From NCBI GenBank assembly GCA_050273025.1, contig CP158635.1, positions 2,294,001 to 2,358,000 on the forward strand: a DNA stretch of 64,000 bases. The letters are read 5' to 3'. Below, in pieces: positions 11,590-22,645 of this stretch; the first letter of the stretch is position 1; every line of letters begins with the position of its first letter. The notes below the pieces were generated by a model. The model was not told the origin of the DNA. It ran no database searches and saw only the letters and a list, made by a program, of their open reading frames with translations. A program made the position numbers and the translations under genes. This DNA is from Cenococcum geophilum. Lineage: Eukaryota.

Positions 11590-14510
11590 GGCTAATTTAG
11601 CGGCTGAGTCACGATTACGCGGGCGAGGAGGTCCGTGCGTTCAGCGACTATAGAGGTTACCCCATATCCACAGTCGATTTTTAATCGCCAGCGACACCGC
11701 GCTCTCAACACCCGTCGAGCGCTATGCGTAGAGCCTGCTAAGCGCTTTCTACTTGTACTAGAATGGTAAGAATCGGCCATAGGTTAATGAAGATATTCGC
11801 GTTTTAAGTTACGCGCCGCCATTGCATAAGCACCCTAAAGCACCCCATTAAACTTATACGGCACCAAAATGAGCCCCTAGGGGGCTATAGACGAAGGTTT
11901 TAATAGAGGACCTCTTAGTATCTTATTAGAAGTTATATATATAACTATTTTAAAGCTTTTTTACCCGCTTAAAGCCGTTTATAAAGCTAATCTAGTAAGC
12001 ACTGCATCTGCTCCTGCTATAGATTAACCTACTATATAGCCGCTTCCTCGCTAACCTTCTAGACCTACGCGATCCGCTTAATCTCCTTAATAACCTTAAG
12101 CCGTAGGGAGTACTATTGAACCTCTTTTTACCGGCCAGCCTGCTATTTACTGCCCTATTTGGAATCTAGCGCTACTATAAAAGGATTGCCTCCTAGCCCT
12201 TCGGTCCACTTACGCTAAAGGGCCCATATAGAGTTTACCGCGCGGCTTATACAGTATATAGGTGGAGACCCAGACCCGGGCTCTAGCTGGGACTATAGCT
12301 CTAGCTACGGCTACGGCAGCGGCTGTAGTAGTGGTAGCGGCGGTGGCGGTGGCGAAGCTATATAGGAAGGAGAGCCTATAGCGCTTACCTAGGCGGACGT
12401 ATATCTGCTAAATCCCGTAATAAATAGAGCCAAAGGGGCCGCTTCTATAGGTAGATATAGGGGGTTAGTAGACCGGCCCTAAGGCTATACTATAGCTATA
12501 GCTACAGCTATAGCTAAAGGGGCTTCTAGTTAAAATGTAAGGCCTCTAAATGTTAGCAATTAAAGCTATAAAGACTAAACCTACTAGGACTTATCTAAAT
12601 GGTTTAATAAGCCCTTAACCTTACTAGCTGTCTACTTATATTTAGTATATAAAGCCTTTAGTTAGTTAATAAGGAGTAGTATAGCCTAGTAAAGAATTAA
12701 CAGCTAATTTAGGCTCCCCTCTTCCTATAGGTAGGGCTCTAGATCCTATATAAAGGCCTTATACGCCTTATACTAAAAGATAGGGTAGCTTTATACTAGA
12801 TAGCTTAGGAATATCTTATAAAGGGCTACTAAGTTCTATAGAATAACCTTATAGAGGTAAAAGAGAAGGTTCGTGATCCCTATAGCGGCAAGGTCATTAA
12901 TCTAGTATAGCTATAGGCTAAAATAGCCCTTCTATTTGTCCAGTTTAGGCTATATTATTAATAGTAGTATATTAGGCGGCGTAATACCCACACAGCGGAT
13001 TTTGAAGCAGCTTATCTATAAGGGGTACCCTACTATTAACCTTATATAAACTCTTACAGGAGAAAGTTTAAGTAACAGCCTACTATCTACTCTTAGTTTT
13101 ACCTCCTAGTATACTAAATCTGGTCCTTACTAACCCCCTTTAGCTTTGCCGTCTTAGCGCCGGCGCTCTACCTAATATGCGTCTTCTTCTCTAAAAAGAC
13201 GCTAATATACTAAAAGGCCTTTACGACCTAATCTCGCTATAAGTTATATAAGAGGGCCGCCTCGCGGTCTCTATTGCCCTTAATTAGGCGTATATTATAC
13301 TATGCTAAACGCCTACTAAAGTCCGAAAATAGCTCCGTACTAAAATCCTAGTAGTATAGGAGATAGAAAGCTAGCCCGCTAAGTATATAAATAAGCGGCT
13401 TTTTGTTCCGTAGGGCCCTAATAGTCTTAAGGCAGCCGTGCTAGTTCTACTTACTTACGTATATAGTAAATATTAAGGGTATATAGCGCGTAGGGCCTTT
13501 ACCCTTAAACTTAAAGGTAAATAGATTTAAGATCTTGGCGGAGCATTTATTACTGCCGTGGGTAAGTATATAATGGCCTAGTAGGATATTAACAAGTATA
13601 TAAAAGTAGCACTCTAGGGATAAGGCGGCGCCCCTAGCCTAGAGCTTACGGCAGACGCTTTAAAACTTATCCTTAATATAGCCGTTAAGGAGGGTATTTC
13701 TGCCCTTATTAGCGAACTGCTCTTTCTTACGCTACGCGTCCCTTTACTATAGCGTCTTTAGGTACTCTTTAACGCTATCCTCCCGCGAAGACGGGTGGCT
13801 ATTTATTCCTATAGCTTTCTGCATCCAATAGAGGTCCATTAAAGTAGTAATATAGCCGCGAACTAACCGCCACAAGAGCCGCGTTTCCTCTTAGGGTAAA
13901 TTAATATTGGCTTTACGGCTCTTCCCTTTTAAGGGCTAGCTTGTAACCTCCTTAACGAGAAAGAGAAGTAGCTTATCCTCTATAACGGTATTGCTGTTAT
14001 AGTACTGCTTCTGTTTATAAAAGGCCTAAAGCTAGATAACGCGTTAGCTACAGGCCGCAATACTTTTAGGAGGGGGGGAGGTATTACCTTAAACTCCTTC
14101 TGCTTTAGATTGTACGTTAAAGACGTATTCTTAGGCCTTATGGCACGCGTAAGGGCGAGGACATGCTGCGCGTTAGCGCGTAATTCGGCATTATTAGCGA
14201 TATTAATCTCTACGCGGTTAGTCAGCGCCATCTTATATAGTAGGTATAATAGCAGATATACTGCCGCGATTGAGGATAGGCAGGGAGGACTTTTTTATAT
14301 ACACTTAGGGCCTCAATGGCCCTAATTACCCTACGGTTGGCGTCGATCAGCGGCTCAATCAGCAGGTGGCCCTGGATACGCGAATCTCCTCAGCTTGGCG
14401 CTGGTGGCGCTGAGGAGATCCTCGAATCTGACCTAGGTGGCTGGCTGAACACGTGATTTTTCGGCTGACCGAGGATCAGCCGGGCAGTCAAAACCAGTAG
14501 TGGCCTACAT
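11590..14510 (-). mobile_element. Crypton relic B (element ends approximate)
   Basis: Contains a complete YR + GCR1_C-type coding region with GC-richer non-coding flanks. Confidence 0.75.
11944..14231 (-). pseudogene. Crypton tyrosine recombinase with C-terminal GCR1_C domain
   Basis: RPKNTS.TY..KQKEFK / intron / EDKLLLFLV.EV; catalytic region KKTHI(G)R...DQI..AGRWNQEQMVGCYLN; C-term RAVNS.WAL.REWTEGLGGNP..AALDSKWG.KW. Confidence 0.85.
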
Positions 14511-14528
14511 TAAACCTTTATACTACGC

Positions 14529-15758
14529 CTAGCTTTTTCCGGACAACGCCGAGTTGTGAGCTGCTCTTGTCAAAACAGGCCATATCAGACTGGAGAAAGT
14601 CCTAATTTCGTACGCAATGTTGGGAGCAATAGCTGGCCATATCGCTTGTGGGATTTGCAAGAATTCGCAGAGGCTCGGATGTGGTGACCTGGTTAATTTG
14701 GTTTTACAGCTCTGTGCACGACCAGCTTCCACCCCCCTTTGGCGAGATTTCAAATTCGCTACGCGCATCCAATCTCGCCTGGTTGCCACCAACTGTATAT
14801 AGTAATTGTAGCGAAGCCGTATGCTTGGCTGCAAGAACTTCAGCTGTTCGCGATCGGCCTTCCTCCGCAGTGTCGTGATCTTTGTCAAATATCGTAAGGT
14901 TTCCACCCGTACGATACTGCCAAATTTCATCGGCAATTGTAGGGACAGCGTTGTATTCGCGTTTTGGCGGAGGCATAGGCAAAAGAGGAAGCGTATGTCG
15001 AGGAAGCGTACGTCAGGCAAGTTCTGAGTTGCTTGAATTTTGATTCCCCTGGCCAACCTGGGCGATTCCCCAGGGCAACCAAAAAGGTCCTTGCGTGTAG
15101 CCATAGCCGTTCGCTATAATTACTATGTACAGTTGGTGGCAATCAGGCGAGATTGGATGCGCGTAGCGAATTTGAAATCTCGCCAAAGGGGGGTGGAAGC
15201 TGGTCGTGCACAGAGCTGTAGTTAGGTTCTTTCTTCAGCACTAGGATAGGGGCGGATCGCTTACGTGGCCTGGGTCCATTGAGCGTGGTAATTCGGGTCT
15301 GCATGTGCTCCAAGCCATGTCGCGAAGTCTTGGTTTGTGTCTTCATGTACTAGTGGATGTAAGGGTGCAGTAAGGGTGATGACGCGCACGTTTTGCATTC
15401 TGGCTGCTGCATTGGCCCGGCTGCAAGGAAGAGTACGTCAGCATAGTTTTCCGACAGGCCTAGGCTTAAGACCCAATTACCTCGCTGTAACCTGAGCAAT
15501 ATTCCTGACGGCACTAGCTTGTGTCTGCAAGGCCTGGATCTGTTGTAATAGTAGAGCATTCGTAGGTTGATTTGCCATTCGTCCTACTTCTTGCTGAACT
15601 GTGGAGACACGTGCTTCCAAGGTCGTGCATGCGGCTGAGATATCCAATAGTGATTGGCGAATATCCCCAAATGCAGTCTTTAAGGCAGCATAATCTAGCT
15701 GACGGAGCTGAGGGGGCTAAGGGGGCTGAGGGGGCTGAGGTGGATTAGGTGGGTTCAT
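14529..15758 (-). pseudogene. Three-exon ~197-aa gene resembling the fungal Mug135_C/DUF1773-like coiled-coil family, one premature stop
   Basis: Exons 15758-15481, 15420-15265, 14688-14529 join in phase with GT..AG introns and ctgac/ctaac branch sites: MNPPNPPQPPQPP*PPQLRQLDYAALKTAF...RANAAARMQNVRVITLTAPLHPLVHEDTNQDF... Family call is by motif resemblance only. Confidence 0.7.
14707..15218. mobile_element. MITE (Tc1/mariner-type), 512 bp, ~109-bp TIRs
   Basis: cagctctgtgcacgacc... / ...ggtcgtgcacagagctg, near-perfect TIRs 14707-14815 and 15110-15218; TA on both sides (14705-14706, 15219-15220). Confidence 0.92.
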
Positions 15759-15828
15759 TGTTAAAGCTGCTTTAATCGATGTGTCGATGGCATTATTAAA
15801 GTACTGTAGGTACTGCAACCACTTAACG

Positions 15829-16059
15829 TAGTCCACGGGCGAGTGACCCACACGGGCCAGTGACTCACCCTACCGAGAACGCGTCTCTATAGCTTCGAAA
15901 ACGACCTTGCTTGTAGGCTTGAATAGCTAGTTCAAGCCTACCTTCTTTGCGTAAGGCTGCTTGTTGTTGTGGTGTAGTTATAGCAGTAGTAAAAAAGATC
16001 GCGACGCGTTCTTGGTGGGGTGAGTCATTGGCCCGTGTGGGGCACTAGCCCGTGGACTA
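15829..16059. mobile_element. MITE (Fot1/pogo-like), ~230 bp, ~55-bp TIRs
   Basis: tagtccacgggcgagtgacccacacgggccagtgactcaccc...gaacgcgtc inverted at gacgcgttc...gcccgtggacta; left end preceded by TA-ACG as in Fot1-type termini. Confidence 0.85.
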
Positions 16060-16659
16060 GACGATCATTACCTCAGCGAGCTCAGACGCGTGTTGTTTTT
16101 TTGGCTAGCGTCGGAATAACAATAGGGCCGTCCTCATTGCAAAATCACGTCCGAGTTTTACCCCAGCAAGCTCGGACGTGATTCCATTGGTGCGGATTTT
16201 CAATCGGTCCGCAAGCTGACTAACTACGTTTGTGCGAAACCACTGGAATCACGTCTGAGCCACATTTCCGAGGTTTCTTACGCGTTCCAACAATATCCGC
16301 GTTGCGGAGATTACGGATATTGAAATAACTCAACACTAATATTTTATATTACTTCCTAAAGTTAATTAATTATATAACAGAACCTAGGCTTTTAGAATAT
16401 ATTATTTTTATTACTAAGGTATTTTTAGGTCTTATAATTATTTTCATTAAAAAAAAAAGCGTTATTAGCAATCCCGTAACTATATATAACTTTATTAAAT
16501 ACTAGCTACTATATATAAAACCTATATAGATCTATAATAGCTACCCTAAAGAACCTATTATAGCCTGGCGGATATATAGCGTCTGCGTTGTAGTGTGTAA
16601 TATAGCTGTAACTAAGCTAGAGAAAGGTTACCAAAGGACCATCGCCAGTCCCGTAAATG

Positions 16660-16980
16660 TTCTGCAGAACTATTGTACGCAGAACCGTCGTACGTAGAGC
16701 TGTCGTGCAGAGCCTCCGAACGTAGAGCTTTGTGCGGAGTTTTGTAGAAAGCCTCCGTACGTAGAGCTTTATGCGGAGCTTTATATAGAGCCTCTATATA
16801 CAGAGCTTTGTGTAGAGCTTTATACAAAGCTTTATACAGAACTTTGTGCAAAGCTTCGTGCAGAACTTCGTGCAGAGCCACCGTATACAGAGCTTTGTGC
16901 GGAGCTTCGTGTAAAGCTTTATATAGAGCTTTGTATAGAGCTTTGTACAGAGCTTCGTACAGAGCCTTATACAGAGCCTA
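16660..16980. repeat. Degenerate 12-bp (some 15-bp) minisatellite, consensus ~tgtacagagctt
   Basis: More than 20 imperfect copies; explains the ALHK/ALYK ORF on the minus strand. Confidence 0.85.
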
Positions 16981-17209
16981 AGTAGGCGAATCGCCCGTTT
17001 AGCGGCGCTTTCTATTTAACATCGCGGGGGCTAATAGGGTAGATATATTCATCAATTATAGAGCTGCTTCTGTGGATCGATTTAACGGTATTTCTAAGAT
17101 AATAGCTGCTATAGGGGTGTAAATTAATTTCGTTAAAAAAGGTAACTGCTCTATATACAAACAAAGTCGGATCGCTTAAGAAACACTAGAAAAGTCTCTC
17201 AGACTATAC

Positions 17210-17548
17210 AATTAACTTTTTAGTAAAAAAGGTTAGCGATATCCGCTTGCGGATATACGTATATCCGCTAATTGATTCTATGGTCTAAGCTTGCTAAGGT
17301 AAGTCCGAGTTTACCCACCACCCTACTTACAGCATCTCGTCAATTCCGGTAGTTAGCGCAGCTATATCTGCACGGCCTTTTTGTAGGGGAAGTTTTGGTA
17401 TTTTTGCTATTTAAGGGAAAGTAAGGCCGTGCAGATATGGCTGCGCTAACCACCGGAATTAACAAGATACTATAGCGTAGAATTAATTGGCGGACATACA
17501 TATATCCGCAAGCAGATATTACTACCCTTTTTTATTAAAAAGTTAATT
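17210..17548. mobile_element. Palindromic MITE-like element with ~71-bp TIRs
   Basis: 17210-17280 is the reverse complement of 17478-17548, apart from mostly transition differences. Confidence 0.75.
17330..17472. mobile_element. Small TA-flanked MITE (~143 bp, ~50-bp TIRs) nested in the palindromic element
   Basis: ta|cagcatctcgtcaattccgg...ccggaattaacaagatacta|ta. Confidence 0.78.
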
Positions 17549-17874
17549 CTAACGTAGATAACTGGGAAGCGAGCTACCCTACGAAGCGAGCTATATATAG
17601 AAACAGGCTTGCAAATTATTTAACCCAACTCAGTTAACACCTCGAGTTGGTTAAATTGAAAGCTTTATAAGTAGAGGGCTTAATTAATTAAATTGATTAA
17701 ATTAATATTGTAACGGTTGCAACTAAATCTAACTAGTATAGTAGTTAGTAACTATTACGAGTCTTAGCATGGTGTCAATGTAGAAGGACCTACCTTATAA
17801 TACCTAGGTCGTTTTTTACCGGCGTTCCTTTCGCCCCGGCTATTAATATAGCCTATCGCGAGTCTTAGCATGGT

Positions 17875-20800
17875 GTTAAGTTACCTTCCTGCCGTATATA
17901 TCCTGTTCCTTCCTTCTATAGGCGCTTTAACTGCCCATCTACTATATTAATTATGCCTTCCTTATCCCACGATCCTACCGCTATTAAAGCTCCAATTATA
18001 TTAGGTTATAGTCGTGCGCGATTAGTAGTAAGGAGTAAGTCTATAAGGCAAAATATACGTTTGGGGTCTACTAATATTAGTAGAATTATTAGTAAATCGA
18101 GAGCTATGCGAGCAAGTTATTAGTAGTAAGTTCCTTTTAGTCTAGCTTGCTAATAGGTAATCGGATCGGTACAGTAAACGTCCTTAGGGTGACCTGCTCG
18201 TATAAGCCAGTCGTTATACTTATCGCGATCGTTTATAGGCGTCGTCTAAGCAAAGCCGCCAACGAAGTAGTCATTAATTTTAGATAAAAAGACGCGCTGC
18301 TATATAAGAGGCTCGCCGTTAGTAATTAATTTAATTGGATAGTGTTTATACTTAAGCCACAGTTTGCAAATAGCTTACTCAGCTACTTCCTTCTAACTAG
18401 CTCGGCCTTTGCCCGTCTAATATTTATTAGTAAAAGTCCATTTAATTAATAAATAAAGGATAGTGGCGGCGATATACGCAGGCGAACGATTAGTAAGTTC
18501 ATAGCAGTTAGTTAGCTTTAGCTAAGCTATATTAATATTATAACGGAAGTAAGGCTCCTAGTAGTGTTTATACTACACTTTAAAGCGCTTAAATTAATTA
18601 AGTAGATATTTAAATATAGGAAGGACCTCCCATAGAGATCCGAATTTGCCTATATTAATTAGTTCGCAATAGAAGTTAATAACGTTTATACGTACTTTCC
18701 TTTAAGCGTCCTTCTAGTCGCTTTATAGCAATCTAAAGAGGCTTTAAAATAGCTAGATATTTAGTTAATATAGCCCAATCGTTATCTATTAGGTAGTTCT
18801 TTATAATATTAAGCTCTTTACAAACTCTTATAGGCGGATCCTTTATACCGTTCTTAGTAACTTTAGCTCAGTATATTATCTATTTAAAAACTTCGTTACT
18901 AATAAGGCAATTAATAGGGTTTCTAAGCTTTATCGCGCGTTTAATTACTAATTCTATAGAGTTCCAGCGCGTCTCTACTAGCTTAATTAGAAGAAGCTTA
19001 GTGTTGGCTCGCGACGCGTCTTCTTAAGGCTCTAGATCTTAAAGCTTAAGGAGCTTTTTAATGCGTTACTTAAAATTAAATATCTAAAAAATAATATTTT
19101 AAAGCTTGCCTATAGGCCTGATCTTTTGCTAAGCTAGTATCTAGCGGAGGATCGCGTCTAGATCTTCTCCTTCTTTATCTAAAGCGCTTAAATTTGCTCC
19201 GAAAAGCAGTATATAAGCAACTAGATTAATAACGTAGCCTGTATAATAAAGATATCAGGACCAGATGGGATATCTTTTACAATTCTACAAAAGGCCTACC
19301 CTACTATAGAAGATCTTCTGTATAGAATCTATAGGATTTTGTTTATCCTAGGCTATCAGCCAAAGGTCTAGAGAGAAGCTTAAGGAGTTATTCTCCCTAA
19401 AGCAAATAAGGAGGACTATTCCTTACCAAAGTCCTATAGACCTATCTCCTTACTAAACTGCTTAGGAAAGACTTTAGAAAAGATCTTTACTACTAGATTA
19501 GGATATCTAGCTAGTACTACTAGCTTACTTCAAGATTCTTAACTAGGAGGAAGAAGACAGCGGTCTGCAATAGACGCAGTCTTATTACTTCTAAATAATA
19601 TCCAATCTAAAAATAGTAGGAAAAAAGCTAGATAAAGAATAGCCACTACGTTATTCCTAGACGTAAGAGGGGCTTTTGACCATGTCTCTAAAAACCAGCT
19701 TTTATCTATCTGTAAGGAACTAGGACTACCTATAGCGTTTATATAATGGGTAGCTACTTTCCTTAGCAATAGAAAGCTACAGCTCTCCTTTAATAAGCAA
19801 ATATAAGAAAAGTAGAACTAGAAACAGGGATACTACAGGGATCGCCTATATTCCCTATTTTATTTCTACTATACATATATAATATCTGCAGCATACAAAC
19901 AGAAGGAGCCTACTCTCTTAGCTATATAGACGATTTTGCAATTACGGTTACCTTAAATTTAGCTAAGTCTAATTGTAAAAAGCTAGAGAGAATAGCGCTA
20001 GAGCTAATGTCTAGAGCTAAGGAAGCTGCTATCAGTTTTGACGTTAGCAAAACAGAGCTTATACACTTCTATAGTAAACTCACTACTATAGAAGAAGGGT
20101 TAAAGCTAGGAGATGTAGAAATATCCCCTAAACCCCTAGTTAGGTGGTTAGGGGTATTTCTAGACTCTAAGCTTACTTTTAAACAACATATAGAAATACA
20201 AATCTCTAAAGCAAAAACAGCCTTTTATTTAATTAGAAGACTAGGTAATACACAAAGAGGTCTATCTCTATAAGCCCTACGACAGCTCTATATAGCTTGC
20301 GTTACCACTATAGCAGACTACGGTGTACAATGCTGGTGGAAAAGCAAATCTAGAGACTACCTACTAGATAGGTACCAATCTCTACAAAACGAGGCCCTAA
20401 AACTAGTTCTAGGAGCGTTTAAAGGATCTCCTAGCCAAGCTGTAGAGATCGAAGCCTCTATTCCTCCTCCTAGAATTAGATTTAAAAAGCTTTGCAATAA
20501 CTACGTATTAAGAATCCTAAAATTTAAGGAAAACTACGTAATTAAGAAGGTCTATATAGAAGAGATCAACAAAGATAGGGACGAATTAGCAGCTAATTCT
20601 AGCTCTAGTTCTAGCCCTAAAAACTCTACTATAAAGTACCTCTTACAGCCAAAGACACAGCTACTATCTTTAGCCTCTAGAGTTCAGCAGCTAATTCAAA
20701 ACTGGAAAATAGAGAGAATCTCTCTAGAATGGCAAAAACCGTGGTCTCCTCCTATCTCTGCATTCTTTTCTATCTTAAGGGGTAGTAAAGAAGAAGCTGT

Positions 20801-22645
20801 ATAAGAACATCTAAGACTAGTAAAAAGTTTATAAGAATCCCTAGAGTGGGACCTAGTAGATATATACTATATAGATGGCTCTAAAGACAATAAATTAAAT
20901 GCAGCTGCTATATGTAAAATAGGGGAGAGAAATAGGATTAAATATGCAACGAACTGGAATCTAGGACCCTATATGGAAATTATAGACATAGAGCTTTATG
21001 CAGTCTATAGGGCCCTAGAACACCTAAACAATAAAGACTAAAAGAGAAACAAGTCTATATATTTATAGATAGCCAAGCGGCTATTAAGAGATTACAGCTT
21101 AATTCTCTTACAGGGGGGCAAGAACTAGTCTTTAAAATTACGCAAAGCTGTTCCTATTTAGCTAGTAAGGGGATCTCTATTAACTTTTACTGGGTTCCTA
21201 GCCATTTAGGAATCTATGGGAACGAAATAGCAGATAAGCTAGCAAAAAAGGGCCTTTCTAGAAGAAAACTACAATCTTCTTATACCTCCTTAGCCTATAT
21301 AGGGAGAGCGGCAAGAGAAGAGATACTAGAACAGTGGAAAAATAACTGGCAGCAGAATAAGAATAAAGGAAAACACTATACTAGGATCTGTAAAGGAAGC
21401 CATTCCTTTTTTCTTAAAGCCCCTAAGGATAAATATCCTAAAAGGCTATAATCGGCTTTCTTCTAGCTAAAGCTAGGAAAAGGCTATTTTAAATCCTTTA
21501 CTAAAGTAATAGGAGAGGATAAAGAAGGTAGATGCTTTAGGGAATGTAGAGCACTACAAACCCCTAGACATCTACTACTAGACTGCAACCTATATAGGGA
21601 AGAAAGAAGAGAAATACGAAAGAAACTAGGCTCTTCTCTCTCTCTAAAGAAGCTATAAAGTAACCCACTTACCGCTTACTAATTCCAAACTTAGTAAGGA
21701 TTTTCGTAATATTGGCTGCTATATTAACGCCAAGATATCGCTCTTCTTAATAGGGTAGGGCTAGAAGGAAGGAACGGTACTAGTTCTTTATGTCTATAAA
21801 GTAAATAACAATTCCTATATAGTAGTTAGTAATTAATATAATAGCGGCCTAAAGCTAAGCTTATTAAGTAATAATAAGTAATTGCGAGACGCCTAAAGAT
21901 TAAATAATAGATAAATCTTGCCTAGCGCTCTACGTAGTAAAGCAGTAACAACTTCCTTATATTAATTAAACTTAGTAATTATTAACTCTCTTATTATCGA
22001 ATGTAAAGGTAAGAGGCCTGCGGTTAATATAGCTTAATTAGCGTACCCTATAAGATCACGAAATAAGCTACTTTTAAGCTTATAAAATGGAATATTATCG
22101 CGGACAACCTATTATATTAAAAGCTAAGTAAAACAATCCGAATTAAGGCTTTAGATAAGGGTATTTATTTAGGCTTAATCCTCTAGCTTATTAGCTTAAA
22201 GCTATAGCTATTTAAAGACTAATCGTCCTTGCTTTACCCGATTAGTAGAATCGCCGCTAATACTATATTCTTTCTGCATATACTTTAAGTAATTAGCGGT
22301 ACCTAAATCTAGATATATGTATTATATATAAGCCTTCTTTTTATAACAGATTCTGTAAAGCTAATACCGCTTGCCTGTTTTACTATACTTAATATTATAT
22401 CTATACTTCTATATAGCTCTATAACGTCTACCTAACGTTAAATAAGGAAGGTAGTAGCTAAGAAGGCGTTTCTAGTTAACATCTGCGTAATTATCTGGCT
22501 GGAAATTAGTAGTAAACGCGTTAGTATTACCGTCTAAGCTATAATCTAAGGCGCGTTAGAGGTTTGTAGGTATAGTAGAATTAGAACAAGCAATAGAAAG
22601 GGTTAAGGTATTTATTTACCAATCATTTAACGCATTAGAAGCCAT
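17875..22645 (-). pseudogene. hAT transposase, split by a LINE fragment
   Basis: BED-like N-term, (R)C.GHVINLVA, ETRWNS, dimerisation domain DPITYW...LARIALDLL.IP...DPER.F. Confidence 0.85.
19251..21655 (+). mobile_element. Non-LTR retrotransposon (Tad-like LINE) fragment with RT and RNase H, truncated at both ends
   Basis: GPDGI, SYRPISLLNCLGK, FLDVRGAFDHV, QGSP..PILF, SYIDD, RWLGVFLDSKLTF; RNase H DGS..ELYAV..DSQAAI..WVPSH.GI.GNEIADKLAK. Confidence 0.93.

Noticed and set aside
9381..14510. Starship captain (DUF3435) tyrosine recombinase
   Set aside because: Motifs and GCR1_C-type C-terminus fit Cryptons; no Starship-type boundary recognised.
14529..15225. Cluster of overlapping ORF-track ORFs, including the 191-aa one
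   Set aside because: They run through the MITE's inverted repeats; only 14529-14688 is a plausible exon.
16612..16881. 89-aa ALHK-repeat ORF
   Set aside because: Translation of a 12-bp minisatellite; no independent coding evidence.
17709..17946. Possible solo LTR starting tgtaacgg
   Set aside because: No TSD; the distal part reads as the hAT transposase C-terminus and the rest holds hAT subterminal repeats.
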